Shown here piece by piece: positions 12,010-23,741 of a DNA stretch of 64,000 bases. Below the pieces are notes generated by a model. The model saw only the letters and a list, made by a program, of their open reading frames with translations. It had not been told where the DNA came from and ran no database searches. Made by a program: the position numbers and the translations under genes. The first letter of the stretch is position 1. Each line of letters starts with the position of its first letter. This DNA is from Diplonema japonicum (Eukaryota; Protista; Euglenozoa: Diplonemea). The stretch lies in contig OZ025648.1 in the NCBI GenBank assembly GCA_964019335.1, positions 806,001 through 870,000 of the forward strand, given 5' to 3'.

Positions 12010-13082
12010 TTTATATATTTAAAAAAAAAAAAAAAAAAAAAAAATTCGAGACGACATAACCAGATTTTTCCCCCCCTTTTTTTTTCTTTTGGCTGATTTA
12101 TCAGTTCCAGTCTGTTATGGGTCTTTTTTTTTGAAAAAAAGAGGGGGGGGGGGGGGGGGGGTGCAGAGATTTTTTTAAAAAAAGCAAAGTTTAAAAAAAA
12201 AATTGAATGTATGGGTGTCAACCACTCAACCCAACAGTGTGATACAAACACCGAAGAAGAAAAGGGGACAGGGTAGCCGAGGGGGGAGGGAAAAAAAAAG
12301 GCAAAATTCCCGTCCCACCTTCTTTTAAGGATTAAAAAAAAAAATGGAAGACCGAACTTACAAAATCCCCCAACTCGCCCACGCAACAAATTAAAAAAAA
12401 AAGAAAAAAAAAAAGAAAAAAGAAAAAAAAGAAAGAATAAATTATGCCAACGTAATCCTGTTCCATTCCTTTTCGTTCTTTTTTCTTCCTTTTTTTTTTT
12501 CCCCTCTCAATATAAATGTAGCAAGCATTTGCTTGGAGTTCCACTGGGAAAATTTAAAAAAAAAGAGGGGTACAAAAAAGAGAGAGGAGTATGGGAAAAG
12601 GGGTGGGGAGAGAGAGAGAGAGAGAGTGAGAGAGATCTCCTGTTTATTTTGATCTATTTAATTACACTCCCCTTCCGTTACTTCACTCGCTTTTGGACAA
12701 AAAAAAAGGGGGAAAAAAAAAAAAACAGATTTGATTTTTCTGAAATATCTTTGCGGGCCATAATATGCACCATAAGAGTAGCAATAAAGTGAAAGGTGAT
12801 ACCTTGCAGGGGGCCCCTCATGCAAACTAGAAGAGTAAAGAAATCGTAAGGCCCGAGTCTTTAAAAAAAAAAAATAGCTAAATTTTCTTAAATTAAGTTT
12901 TTGTTTGAGGCGATGATAGCGTTTCTCTTGTTCTTTTTTTTTTTTTTTTTTCTGCCTTCTTCTTTTTTTAAAAAAAAACACAGATTATTATTTCTCTTTC
13001 CCCCCCCCAAGAAAATTTTAACAAAACCACCACAGGAGGGAAAAGAAAGCCCTCATCCGGGGGAGGGGGGGGGGGGGGGAGA

Positions 13083-16000
13083 ATGCTTCGGCATGTTGCA
13101 AGCCTAGAGACAATGTCGCTAAATAGTGACATAGGAGGCTTTGATGACCCAGCAAGACCAAAAACACCGATGACGCCTGCGAGTGAACTAGGCTTCGAGC
13201 TCAAGGACATCGAACAAGAAAATGAGAGGCTGTCCCAATACGTCAAGGCCGTGGTGGTGGATCTGAATACACTGATTCCACACAACGACTTACATTTCAC
13301 CGCCAACGAGATAGTCTTCAACGAGATCTTCACGAGCCTCTCTCTGCCCGTTTTCAAACAGGACGAGCAACCAACCCCAACAGACGCACAAACACTTGCC
13401 CAAGACATTGAAACCACATTGCTCAACCGTAACATCCAACTCCCATGGGGCTCCGAGTCAGACACCCCAGGCACATCCACCATCTTGTCAATCTGCAAAC
13501 GCCGTGAACAGATCATCACAAACCTCATCGACGAAGGAGTCACGTCTCTTGTATACACACCAATGGTGAGCTTCCTTAAAGAGCTTCAATCCCATGGTGT
13601 TAAGCTTGGTGTGACAAGTTCCTGTGAACATGCTCGATACATGCTTGAAGAGTCCCGACTTGCCTACCTCTTCCAAACGATTATTGACCCCGAGGTTATG
13701 CTCGAGTACATGCATAGATTGAAGCCAAGCCCAGATTGTATGTTGAAAGCATGCTCTGATCTTGGATTGGGGACTGCTGAAACCATTGCTATTGAAGCTA
13801 CCTCAGAGGGTATTCAAGCAGCACGTGAGGGCAATTTTGGATTGGTGATCGGTGTCACGCACGCTTCTAAAACGTTTGAAAACGACAGTGCTCTTCGGGA
13901 TCTTGGAGCGGCGGATTTTGTAACGGATGATATTAGTGCGGTGACGATGCAAACGATACTGGAGTGGTATGTTAAGGGGGTTCAAAAGGATTCTTGGAAG
14001 CTGGCGTTCAACACGTTTTCCCCGTCGCTGGAATCGACCAGAGAAACGTTGACCACTGTCGGCAACGGTTATTTCTCGTCGAGAGGCTGTTTCGAAATGT
14101 ACTCTAAAACGCGTAATGAAGACAACACCTCGCTTGTACACTACCCTGGACATTACATCAATGGAGTGTACTCCCGAACATCGACCAACATCAACGGGGA
14201 AACGGTTGAAAACAGCGATTTGGTGAACTGCCCTGACTGGTCAATGGTTCGAGTAGCTATTGGCGATGAACCTTTCGTATCACCGCTCGACAACGAGATC
14301 CTCAACTACTCCCATCAGCTTAACCTGCAATCTGCTGTGATGGAACGATCGTTAACATTCATAGACAGCAAGGGACGGATCTCTCGAATCGAATCAAGCC
14401 GTCTTGTTTCGATGGACTTGATGCACATTGCCGCCATAAACTTTACGTTCACCGCTGTTAACTACAACGACAGGATAACCATCCGATCTGGTGTCAATGC
14501 TGGAGTTAAGAATGAACTGGTTCAACGTTACAAGGGATTGCAAGATCATCATATTCATCTTGAAGCAGCTGGTCAACCAGAACCCTGCGGGCCGTTCTAT
14601 GTAGTGACGAAGGTTAAGACACCAGAAACGGTTATCTGCACATCGGTTCGAAATATCGTGAGAATGACGAAAGGCGACGCGTCTGCGTTGGTCCGATCAT
14701 CCGGAGCGCTGCTGAAGGAGAAGATTGTGTTCGAAGACTTCACAGCAACTGTTTCTCAAGGCGGCTCGATGATCCTTGACAAAATTGTTTCTGTCTACAC
14801 AACGCGTGACGCGCACGACTCAAAGGACGGAAACGCCCTTGCCGTCACCAAATATTCCTTCAGAAAACAATCTGTAACATATACAGATACACGAGAAGAT
14901 TCCACATTGTCCATCAGCGACATGGATGTGAACAAAGGTGACTACCACCACAAGGGCGCTTGCGCGGACTTGGTGAACATGTCATTGAAACTAATTGAGG
15001 ATTTGTATTCGTACCACCGCGTGCTCGATCCACATAGACAGGCGTGGCAGGATATCTGGGACTCTGCTGACTTGCAAATTGAGGGTGACCGGGCTTGTCA
15101 GCGGATATCCCGGATACACACTTACAATCTCTTTGTGACGGCTTCGCAACATCTGCGAAATATCGACGCTGGTATCTTAGCAAGGGGCCTTCATGGGGAA
15201 TCGTATCGAGGGCATGTGTTTTGGGATGAGTTGTACACCTTTTCGTTCTACCTGTCGACGAACTCTGACGTTTGTAAAGGCCACCTTGATTACCGTTACA
15301 AACGGCTTCAAGCTGCACGCGATGCTGCGAAGGAAGCAGACCTCAACGGGGCCATGTACCCTTGGCAGTCTGCAGACACCGGAGCAGAAGCGACACAATC
15401 GCTGCACTTCAACCCATTAGACAATAAATGGTACAAAGACGAATCTTTCAGGCAGAATCATGTCAATATCGCAGTTTTTTACGACGCGTGGCTGTACTAC
15501 GAACGGGCAAGGGATCCCGAGATGCACCCGAAGATCGTGGAGCTGATGGTGTCGATTGCCGTGTTTTGGGTTTCAAAATGTGTCAAAGGCCAGGATGATA
15601 GGTACCATATCTACACGGTCATGGGGCCTGATGAGTTTCACGACAGTGCGGTGGTAAATGGTGAACGAGTGAAGGGTGTTCCTGATAACGCGTACACCAA
15701 TCTGATGGTTGTCTGGCTGTTGTTGAAAACGATCGATATGCTGCAGGACCCGTCCGTCTCACAGGCTGCGATCACGGCTTCCGGTGTCACCTCCGACGAC
15801 ATTGAAAAGATGTTCGACATTACGAAGCGGATGTTCCTCCCGATCCTCCCTTCAGGAGTCATCGAACAGTTTTCAGGGTTCGCCGGACTCCCTGATATCC
15901 GTATGTCGGAATACAACCTTCGGACAAGGTACGTTTCGAGAATGGATTTAGTGCTGCAAGCGGAGGGGAAAAACGTCGGAGATTACAGGTTGCTGAAGCA

Positions 16001-17953
16001 AGCCGACACATTAATGCTGTGGTACCTTTTGAAGACAACAACCGTTCACGATCTTGTGGTGTCGTTGGGGTACTCACTGCCTGACGGGTTTGACGCCAAA
16101 AAACTCTTAAAGGTGAATAACGATTTCTACGTCCCAATCACCAACGACGGCAGCATGCTGTCCTACCTCGTCCACGCGCACATCGCAGGGGAGCTGGGGG
16201 AAACGAAGAACCAATGGGGATGGTTCACAGAAGCATCACGTTCCGACATATATAATAAAGGCGGCACCACAGGCGAAGGCATCCACTGCAGCGTGATGGC
16301 AGGCTCGCTGTCCTTCATTGAACGATGGTTCGTCGGTCTCACTGAAGAATCCTCCACAGAATGGTCTATCAAACCCAACCTCCCGTCACATTGGACCGCA
16401 ATTGCCATCCGACGGAAAATATGCGGTCATGTGTATTCCATCAAAGTCACCGACACAGAGATCCGGCTTCTGCTTGAAGATGATCCTGCGGAAGGCATCC
16501 CCCCTTCAACTTTTAAAATCAGAGACACTCGCGTTCAGCCGGGCCCGTGGATCCCCGTGGTGATCCAGTATAATTCTTTGTGCAAAATCAAGGAGTTCTA
16601 CGATTTGATGCACAAGACCTGGCACCACCGGAAGGTGATGTGCAACAACTACTTCATGGGAAGCATCTTATGTGATAGGAAACAACTGCAGGTTTTGAAA
16701 TGGGTGCACAAAACGCTTTCAAGCCTGCCCAAAACGAGCAGTGGAAAGGCGAAGTTGTGGCTCTCCGGCGGTACGAAGGTGGAATGCGAACTAAACTACG
16801 AAATCAAGGAGCTGGAGAAGGACATCTGCTTCATGGAAAGAGGCGAGAAAGCACTGGTGGAGGGCATATCAAGGGAGATCGCGAGCTTCGATACATGGGT
16901 GGAAACAGGCGTCAATTTCCTAAAAGGAATTTCATTTAAAAACTGGATCACCGACCGAGACGGCACAACGAACAACTACTGTGGACGATACAACAGCTCA
17001 GTACAGAGTGTCTATAACTCAATATGGATAACAAGGTTCGCTCTCTGCTGCGACCGGGGTGTCTTCATCACATCAGCACCTCTGGCCAACCCTGGTATAG
17101 TTAACGTGTCAGTAAACTTCGAACACGCTTTTGTGGTATGATAAAAAAAATTTTTTTTAAAGAAAAAAAATTTTTTTTCCAGTACTCCGGGTCGAAAGGT
17201 CGCGAGTACATCGACAACAATGGAGACAGGCAAAGCTTTGCCATCACCGAAGAGGAGACACAAAAAATGTCCCGTCTCAACGCAAGGTTGTCGGAGCTTT
17301 GCAAACAACCTGATTACGTTAAGTTCACGATGATCGGGTCCGGGCTGCAGTTGAAATTCGCGCAGACAACCGTCGCTCGCCAAGACATCTCCGGTACGAT
17401 ACGGAGGAAGGACAGCGAAGCGTTCCTTGAGAAAATCAGAGGAATCTGCGAAGAAATTTCACCACACGGCTTTGAGGTACAAGACACCAACCTAGACGTG
17501 GAAATTATGCCTCTCCACACCAAGTCGACTGCTGATGAAGAGTCCCGTGGGTTCGATAAGGGCGACGGGCTGACGTGGCTGAACGAGCAGCTTAACCTTG
17601 AACTGGAAACCGGGCCGAACCTCATTACTGGTGACACTTCAGGGGATGTCCCGATGGTGAGGGAAGGGATGAAGGCTTGCCCTGAAGGGACTCACGTCGT
17701 GTTCGTGACGCAGGATAAGAAGTTGATGAATGAGGTGTGTTTGTGGGAAAAAAAAAAAGAAAAAAAAAAAAAAAGGTGTCTGATCTGTGTCCGCGTTCGC
17801 TGTTCCTCCCGTCTCCGGATGTGCTTTGTCATGTTCTCTCTGAAGCTGCTAAGGTGTTTTTTTTTTTTTTTTTTTTTTTTTCTTAATTGTTTTAAACAGA
17901 TCTACGCTGCTGAGAGATATCCTACCAAGGCGAACAAGCTTTTCCCGTTGTAA
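13083..17953 (+). CDS. Fusion of degenerate beta-phosphoglucomutase-like HAD, GH65 phosphorylase (trehalose-6-phosphate phosphorylase-like) and trehalose-6-phosphate phosphatase; exons 13083-17135, 17183-17734, 17776-17853, 17900-17953 (~1578 aa)
   Basis: HAD: KAVVVDLN, GVTSS, KPSPD, GIQAAREGNFGLVIGV. GH65: ETLTTVGNGY, ARGLHGESYRGHVFWDE, GAMYPWQS, MGPDEFH, KQAD. TPP: ELNYEIKELEKDI, ITDRDGTTNNYCGRYNSSVQS, YSGSKGRE, FDKGDG, GDTSGDVPM. Three GT-AG introns restore a continuous frame. Confidence 0.9.
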
Positions 17954-18780
17954 AAGAAGAAGGGGAAAAAAAAAAAGAATTGAGGGAAGGAGAGCTTTTT
18001 TTTTTTTTTTATAACAACTCTACCGTTGACTTAAGAACTAGTTGTTTGGCCGGGTGCAATGAGCTTTTTTTTTTTTTTTTTTCTCAAAAGCTCATGCGCT
18101 AAAACAAAAATGGAGCGTCAAACTAACAGTTTTTCTTTTTCTTTTTTTTTTTCTCTTTTCTAAGCTTGATTTTTTTTTTCTTCTTTCAGCTTTTAATTTG
18201 GTTGGCTACACAAAAAAGTTTTTACAAGAAGATTTCTTTTGGGGAATATGAGATTTTGTCCTTTTTTTTCTTCTTTCAACAACAAAAAGAGACACCACAT
18301 GGCACTGTTTACAGGCAGCAAAAACATCCACCTTAAGGAGGCAGAGCAGAAGAACTGTCGATTGGCGAGTTGGGGCTGGGGACATGTAACAACAGGCGGT
18401 TCTTCTCGGTTAAAGCCAGAAGAGAATTATCTGTCGGGGGATTTTTTTTCTCGTTTTTTTTATTCTACTTGCATACTAAAAAAAAAAAAGAAAGAGTAGG
18501 GACACGCCCTCACTCTTTTCCCTTCTTTTTTTTTTTTTTTTACCCATGATCAAAAAAAAAGAGAGAAGACAAATGAAACCCGTCCTTAAAAAATAATTTG
18601 AGGAAGAAAAAAAAATGAGGAAAAAAAGAGAGAGAGGATGCAAAAAAAAAAAAGAAAAAAAAAAAGTACGTAAAATAATGGAGAGAGAAAAAAGAGAAAG
18701 GGAACGAAAGAAGAAAAGAGTGACGTACTCCCTCCATCTGGGGCCATACCGACTTTTTTTTTTTTTTTTTTTTTCCCAAA

Positions 18781-19099
18781 AGGTGGTGGGGATAACATGA
18801 AAATATAAGAAAAACATCAGATGTGTTGTTCGCTGTTGACCTCCTCGTCGGTCATCACCGGTAGCGCCCGAGTGGAAGAACATAATGCAGATGCTCAGGG
18901 TGACGAACAGGCAGCAAACTGCACGAGCGCAGAATCTTGGTTACCCGGGACGCACCGGCTGGGGTTGAGCTGTACACCGCACGCATTAAGGACACGACGC
19001 GGAACGCAGAAGAAGCTACAACTCGGCCGCGGCGCGCCCCCTGTAATCAAGTAGACAGTTCTTGTGCAGGGCGCCGCCAACACCGGCCTCCTTTAACTC
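18781..19099. repeat. Dispersed repeat (~320 bp), longer copy of 11774-12009
   Basis: Direct nucleotide similarity to 11774-12009; no recognisable ORF or TIR. Confidence 0.8.
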
Positions 19100-19228
19100 A
19101 TATATATATATTTATATATACTGTATTTTTTTTTTTTTTTTTTTTTGCCTTGACCCCCCTTCCTAACTCCCTTCTCTGCGTGACAACAAAGAAAAGGAGG
19201 AAGGATGAAATGGAAGGGAGGGGGGGAA

Positions 19229-19285
<57 letters not shown>

Positions 19286-19367
19286 ACTTTCCATTTCTTC
19301 TTCTCTTTTTCTTCTTCTTCCCTTCTCTCCTGTTCTTTCCTTGTTGTATAACAACACCCTTTTTTTA

Positions 19368-19404
<37 letters not shown>

Positions 19405-19879
19405 CCATGGGTGGGGGTCTTAAGTTATCTCTTTATTCTTAGTTGCTCTCTGCTTTCTTTAGCCTTCCTGTTTGTTGCCCTTCCATCCGAGGTTGCATTG
19501 CCTCAGTTCACCAACAAGGCTTTGAGGCCTTTTAATTCTCCTCCAGGTACCTGTGCCTCTTCAGCTCCAGCACCTGAGGTACGTACATTGGCAAAGCACT
19601 AATAGAAGCCCCGCTGCCATCCGCCTCCACACCGGACACAGAGCCCTTTCCAAAAAAATACAATCTCATTCTGGGGGGGGGGGGGGGGGGGAAGCTGTTG
19701 TAATAGAGCTGGACTAAGGAAACCCCACCATTCGGTAAGAAGCTTTTTTTTTTCTAGTCCCACCCCCTTCTCCCCTCACCCCCCCTTTTTTTTTCCAAGC
19801 CTTTTTTACTTTTTCTTTTTCCGGGACTTCGAGTTATCTTTTGTTACTACATTGCCACTCTTACTCCCCGACCACCAAA

Positions 19880-20150
19880 CCCTCAATAGCCAACTAAACG
19901 AAATGAAATAATTCGTGAACCTTCAGAAGTACTAGGAAAGGGAGCACCCTGGGGGTGAGGAGGGCGGATGAGAGTGTCTTTGCGATGAAGGTATTGACAA
20001 GCGTTCGAGGAACAGATGCACAGGTGAAATGTGAAGGAGGTGCGGCACATGCTGAAGCTGAGCCACAGGAGCCTGATTCTCAGCTCAGCCAAGTACTTCA
20101 TCGAAAATAGGGCACCAATCCATAGCAGTGAAAATGGACATCTCGAGATC
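19880..20150 (+). pseudogene. Internally deleted relic of the kinase-ankyrin gene family
   Basis: GTGAGGAGGGCGGATGAGAGTGTCTTTGCGATGAAGGT...GCTGAGCCACAGGAGCCTGATT matches ~28429-28552. It is joined to AAGTACTTCATCGAA...GAAAATGGACATCTCGA, an ankyrin segment like ~31328-31420. Frameshifted. Confidence 0.85.
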
Positions 20151-20189
20151 GAACGTGATTTTTTTTTCGAACTATTGGTGGAAAAAGCT

Positions 20190-21174
20190 CCAGGCCCGAA
20201 GACCGTTGGTGTCCTTTAGGTTGCGGCGCATCATTAGTGGTGCAGTGTTCACGACTCACCCGAGGGGAGGGATGGCCCTGGTGTGGAAAACCCAGCATTA
20301 GCGTGTGACGTCTGCGACCACCGGTCCCAGACAACGACCAGCATGACGGAGCATGCACTGTGGGAGTGCGAGCCGGCAAGGAGTGTGTTGGAAAGCGAGC
20401 AATACGCAGAGGTGAAGCGAGAAGGCCTCCCAGCTGCCACAGCCCTTCACGGGATAGTCCCAAGAGGGGCCGACAAAGCAGGGAAAGAACGTGCCAGGAT
20501 GGTGCAACAATACCTCCTGAAAGTAGTGACGGTCCGTGACGCCAGAGCAGCGGAAAAAAGCAAGAGAGTGCTCACCTCCAACCCTTGGGATGAGGTAACG
20601 ACAGGGGGGGGCAACATGATGTTCCGACGGAAGCGTTGCTGAAGGCGAACGGGGCGTCAGGCGCGGTCCTGACCTTTCATTTGAAGAACGTCCTCAAGTG
20701 GCTAAGAGGCCTACGATGGTACGATGGTAAGAAGAAAACTTCCTTCACGACAATGGAACTCGCCATAGACTATGAGCAGTCCACCCGCCGGTCACTCATA
20801 GGTCCCCTCGACGATCAAGACCTGCTCACGGAGAAGGCCGCAAGGATGCGATACATCTTGGGTCGCATCCAGAAATGCTCAGCACGCTGTGGAAGGTCAG
20901 CCTTCCCCGCCAACGCGGGTGCATACCCTTCGACATCTTGGGGGCCCGACGGCACACGGCTACGACAGGAGACCACTCTTCTCCTCGAGCCAAACCCCCC
21001 CCTACCTAGCACGACTCCAAGCAATGTTTCTCGCCCAGATGTCGTCCATCTCATCGCGACAAACAGCCACCGCAGGCACCAGACAGCAACCGCAGAACGG
21101 TGACCGATTAGTGTGAATTTCTACCTGAACAGTGAGCACCCCCATGCACACTGAAATTTTATCGAGTTTTTTTT
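20190..21174 (+). mobile_element. Degenerate non-LTR retrotransposon-like 3' remnant 2
   Basis: FRLRRIISGAVF, CDVCDHRSQTTTSMTEHALWEC, LHGIVPRG, LKWLRGLRW, GGPTAHGYDRRP and TRQQPQNGD are all colinear with remnant 1, across frameshifts. Confidence 0.6.
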
Positions 21175-21232
21175 CCTTTCTTTTATGGCGGCAGGCGATC
21201 CTGTCACATACTGCAGGTTCCCTTCAAAGACA

Positions 21233-21269
<37 letters not shown>

Positions 21270-21354
21270 GTTTCTCCTTTGAGCCTGGTTTCCCTTGACT
21301 TTACTTTCAATTCAGCTTTAAAAAAAAAAAAAAAAAGAGTCTCGAAGCAACAAT

Positions 21355-23505
21355 ATGGGAGGCACACCCGAGAAGAGAAAATTACTAAGCGTGACTGAAA
21401 AAGCCTCTTCAAAGAGGATGAAGCTGCTGGAAAAGTTCATATGCAATCAGGAGAAGATCGATGTAGGTAAGAAAAAGCCGACAAAATTCCCGGAATGGGT
21501 GACGCTGCAGGTGGCACATGGCGGGTTCGCCACAGGGGGTGCTGTGAGTGCTTTGGAGGACGGTCTGGAACTGAACAAGCAGTGGCTGACAGACACCGGG
21601 ATGGCAAAGCTCGAGTCACTTTACCACCAGCAAAACTATGTGCTGCAGACCCCAGAGCAAGGCGCCCTGTTGGTGTATTGGTGGCTTGTTGCAAACAACG
21701 AACATGAGAAGGCTATGGAGCTCCTTGGCGAAATCTACCCGTACTTCAATTCCCTTCGCTTCTACCCCTCTTTCCTGCACTCCGCCCCCGATACTGACGG
21801 TGTTTTCCTTTTACCTGTGTCCCATCTAGGCAACAGCCTCTGTTGCATCATCTCAAACCGTGAGACTTCAAAACTCCAGACGAGGTACTACCAACAAGCC
21901 CGTCGGATCACAGCCTACCAGCCCGTCGAGGATGCTATTGTAAAGTTGCTGAACCAATCTTGTGGGGACGTTCCACCATCGCGCACCCCATCCTCTGAGT
22001 CGAAGAAAGGATCCTTCACATACTCCGGGGGGCTCCCGTTCACCGTCACATCGGAAACTTGGGATGACGCCTTGGAAAAAGCTTTGGACGGGTTCTCTGA
22101 GGTGCAAGACAATGCGGAAAGCGCCACGATGCCGAACCCGAAGTGTGCCTCGCTGCGGTTCTTGGTGAAGGCTTGCAAGCGGTACTTCGACGGGTGGCAT
22201 GGGAAGGGTGATGCCGCGGAGATCGTGAAGATCCTAGCGAAACGGAATGAACAGGTGGCTCGCAACCCAGACATCCGTCTGCACCAGATCGAAGCTGTGG
22301 AAACCTTCGAGAAGCGCGACAGCTTCCCTGCACTGCGGAACCTAATGGTGTACATTTCTAAGATGGAACCGGAGGCCAAGTCGTGGGGCTTCAGTGAAGC
22401 AGATGTGCAAGAGCTTCTAAAGGACGGTCCTCCAACGTCAATCGAGAAGAAGATCCGACGCTGCTCAATACTGCCGATGGATCTTCTGGTCTCCGAGGGG
22501 CAAATCACTTCTCTAGAGATGCTTGCTAGGCCCATGCAGCAGCTTGTTACGAAGTGCGAGTCCAGCGGGTTCCGGGACGACGTTGCCTTGACGCACATGT
22601 ACCGCCAGCTCTGCAATGCATTCAAACAAAGACGGTCCTTGCTGCTGCTTAACTACGAGTCGCAGGTGAAGCTCAACGAGATCCCGTGGATCGCAGCCGT
22701 CACATCGTTGAGGAAACCGGACAAAGACAGCAAGCCCGACCTCCTCGAGAAGATGTCGACAGTGATCGTGGAGAACTTCCCGGAGACGCTGATCCCTAAC
22801 AAGGTTGTACAGGAGCTGGAGAGGCTGAAGACGATGGTGGGCGGCACGGTACCGTTCATTGAGGAGATTGCGTTGGACATCTTCATGGGCGGCTTTTCGC
22901 AAAAGTACGTGACGGCCGGGAAGGCAGCTGCTGAGTTCCTTTCGGGTTCCCTGTACGAGAGGTACTACGACGCTGGGCGGGTCTTTGAAAAGGTGCTGGA
23001 TTTGGACCCAAAAGGGCGCTTGGACCAGCAAGCCTTTGCGGAGCTTGCAGCGTATCTCGGCAATGGTGGGTGCGGCAAGAGTGGATATGGTATAGTCTCC
23101 AATGGGAAGCACATCGAGGGGGCGATGATCCTAACCACTCACAACCTTGCGACCCTGTTCATCACAGCGCCTGGTTTGAAAGAAGCAGTAGACCTTAGCT
23201 CTGTTGTTGAGAAAATATATTCGTTTATTGTGGAACGGCATCAGTGTTGCCACTATGTTGAGTTTGCTTACATAAAGACCGGGATAAAGGCCATTGCGTA
23301 CGCCTGGCGTAATCTCCTGTTCTACCTCTCCCTTCTCGAGACTGAGAAGCAGATCTCCTGGGTCCAAGGGAAGCTTGCCGCCCATTGCGAGAACGATTCC
23401 CTTACAGCAATGCTGAAACCTGTCCTCACTGCTGCAAAGGGCGGCCGACCATGTCAAGATGACGTGGTCACTGCATGGCAGTACGACAGACCGAAGTGGA
23501 TCTAA
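21355..23505 (+). CDS. Intronless 716-aa protein of unknown function, resembling a bacterial uncharacterised family
   Basis: Clean long ORF with motifs PEWVTLQVAHGGFATG, RRSLLLLNYESQVKLNEIPW, PFIEEIALDIFMG, ILTTHNLA and AYAWR. Confidence 0.8.
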   Translation: MGGTPEKRKLLSVTEKASSKRMKLLEKFICNQEKIDVGKKKPTKFPEWVTLQVAHGGFATGGAVSALEDGLELNKQWLTDTGMAKLESLYHQQNYVLQTPEQGALLVYWWLVANNEHEKAMELLGEIYPYFNSLRFYPSFLHSAPDTDGVFLLPVSHLGNSLCCIISNRETSKLQTRYYQQARRITAYQPVEDAIVKLLNQSCGDVPPSRTPSSESKKGSFTYSGGLPFTVTSETWDDALEKALDGFSEVQDNAESATMPNPKCASLRFLVKACKRYFDGWHGKGDAAEIVKILAKRNEQVARNPDIRLHQIEAVETFEKRDSFPALRNLMVYISKMEPEAKSWGFSEADVQELLKDGPPTSIEKKIRRCSILPMDLLVSEGQITSLEMLARPMQQLVTKCESSGFRDDVALTHMYRQLCNAFKQRRSLLLLNYESQVKLNEIPWIAAVTSLRKPDKDSKPDLLEKMSTVIVENFPETLIPNKVVQELERLKTMVGGTVPFIEEIALDIFMGGFSQKYVTAGKAAAEFLSGSLYERYYDAGRVFEKVLDLDPKGRLDQQAFAELAAYLGNGGCGKSGYGIVSNGKHIEGAMILTTHNLATLFITAPGLKEAVDLSSVVEKIYSFIVERHQCCHYVEFAYIKTGIKAIAYAWRNLLFYLSLLETEKQISWVQGKLAAHCENDSLTAMLKPVLTAAKGGRPCQDDVVTAWQYDRPKWI

Positions 23506-23741
23506 GCTTTGAGCATAAGCAAAAAAAAAAAGAGAAAAAAAAAAAGAAAAGAAAAAGGCAAAAAAAGACAATCTTTTCATGTTTCTTTTCATGAGCCTCT
23601 TCTAACCCCATAAAAAGCAAGCTATTCCTGCTGAATGAAAAAGAAAAACTATCTTGTTCCCTTTCAACATCTATATTCATCGAAGCAAATCCCCTCCCTA
23701 ACCCTCCGTAAAGAAATAGGCACATTTGTAATTACACATAA

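Noticed and set aside
17136-17182. Stop-codon readthrough, frameshifting or an alternative genetic code to explain split ORFs
   Set aside because: Each break is resolved by a GT-AG intron that restores frame and motifs; TAA, TAG and TGA all end genes normally.
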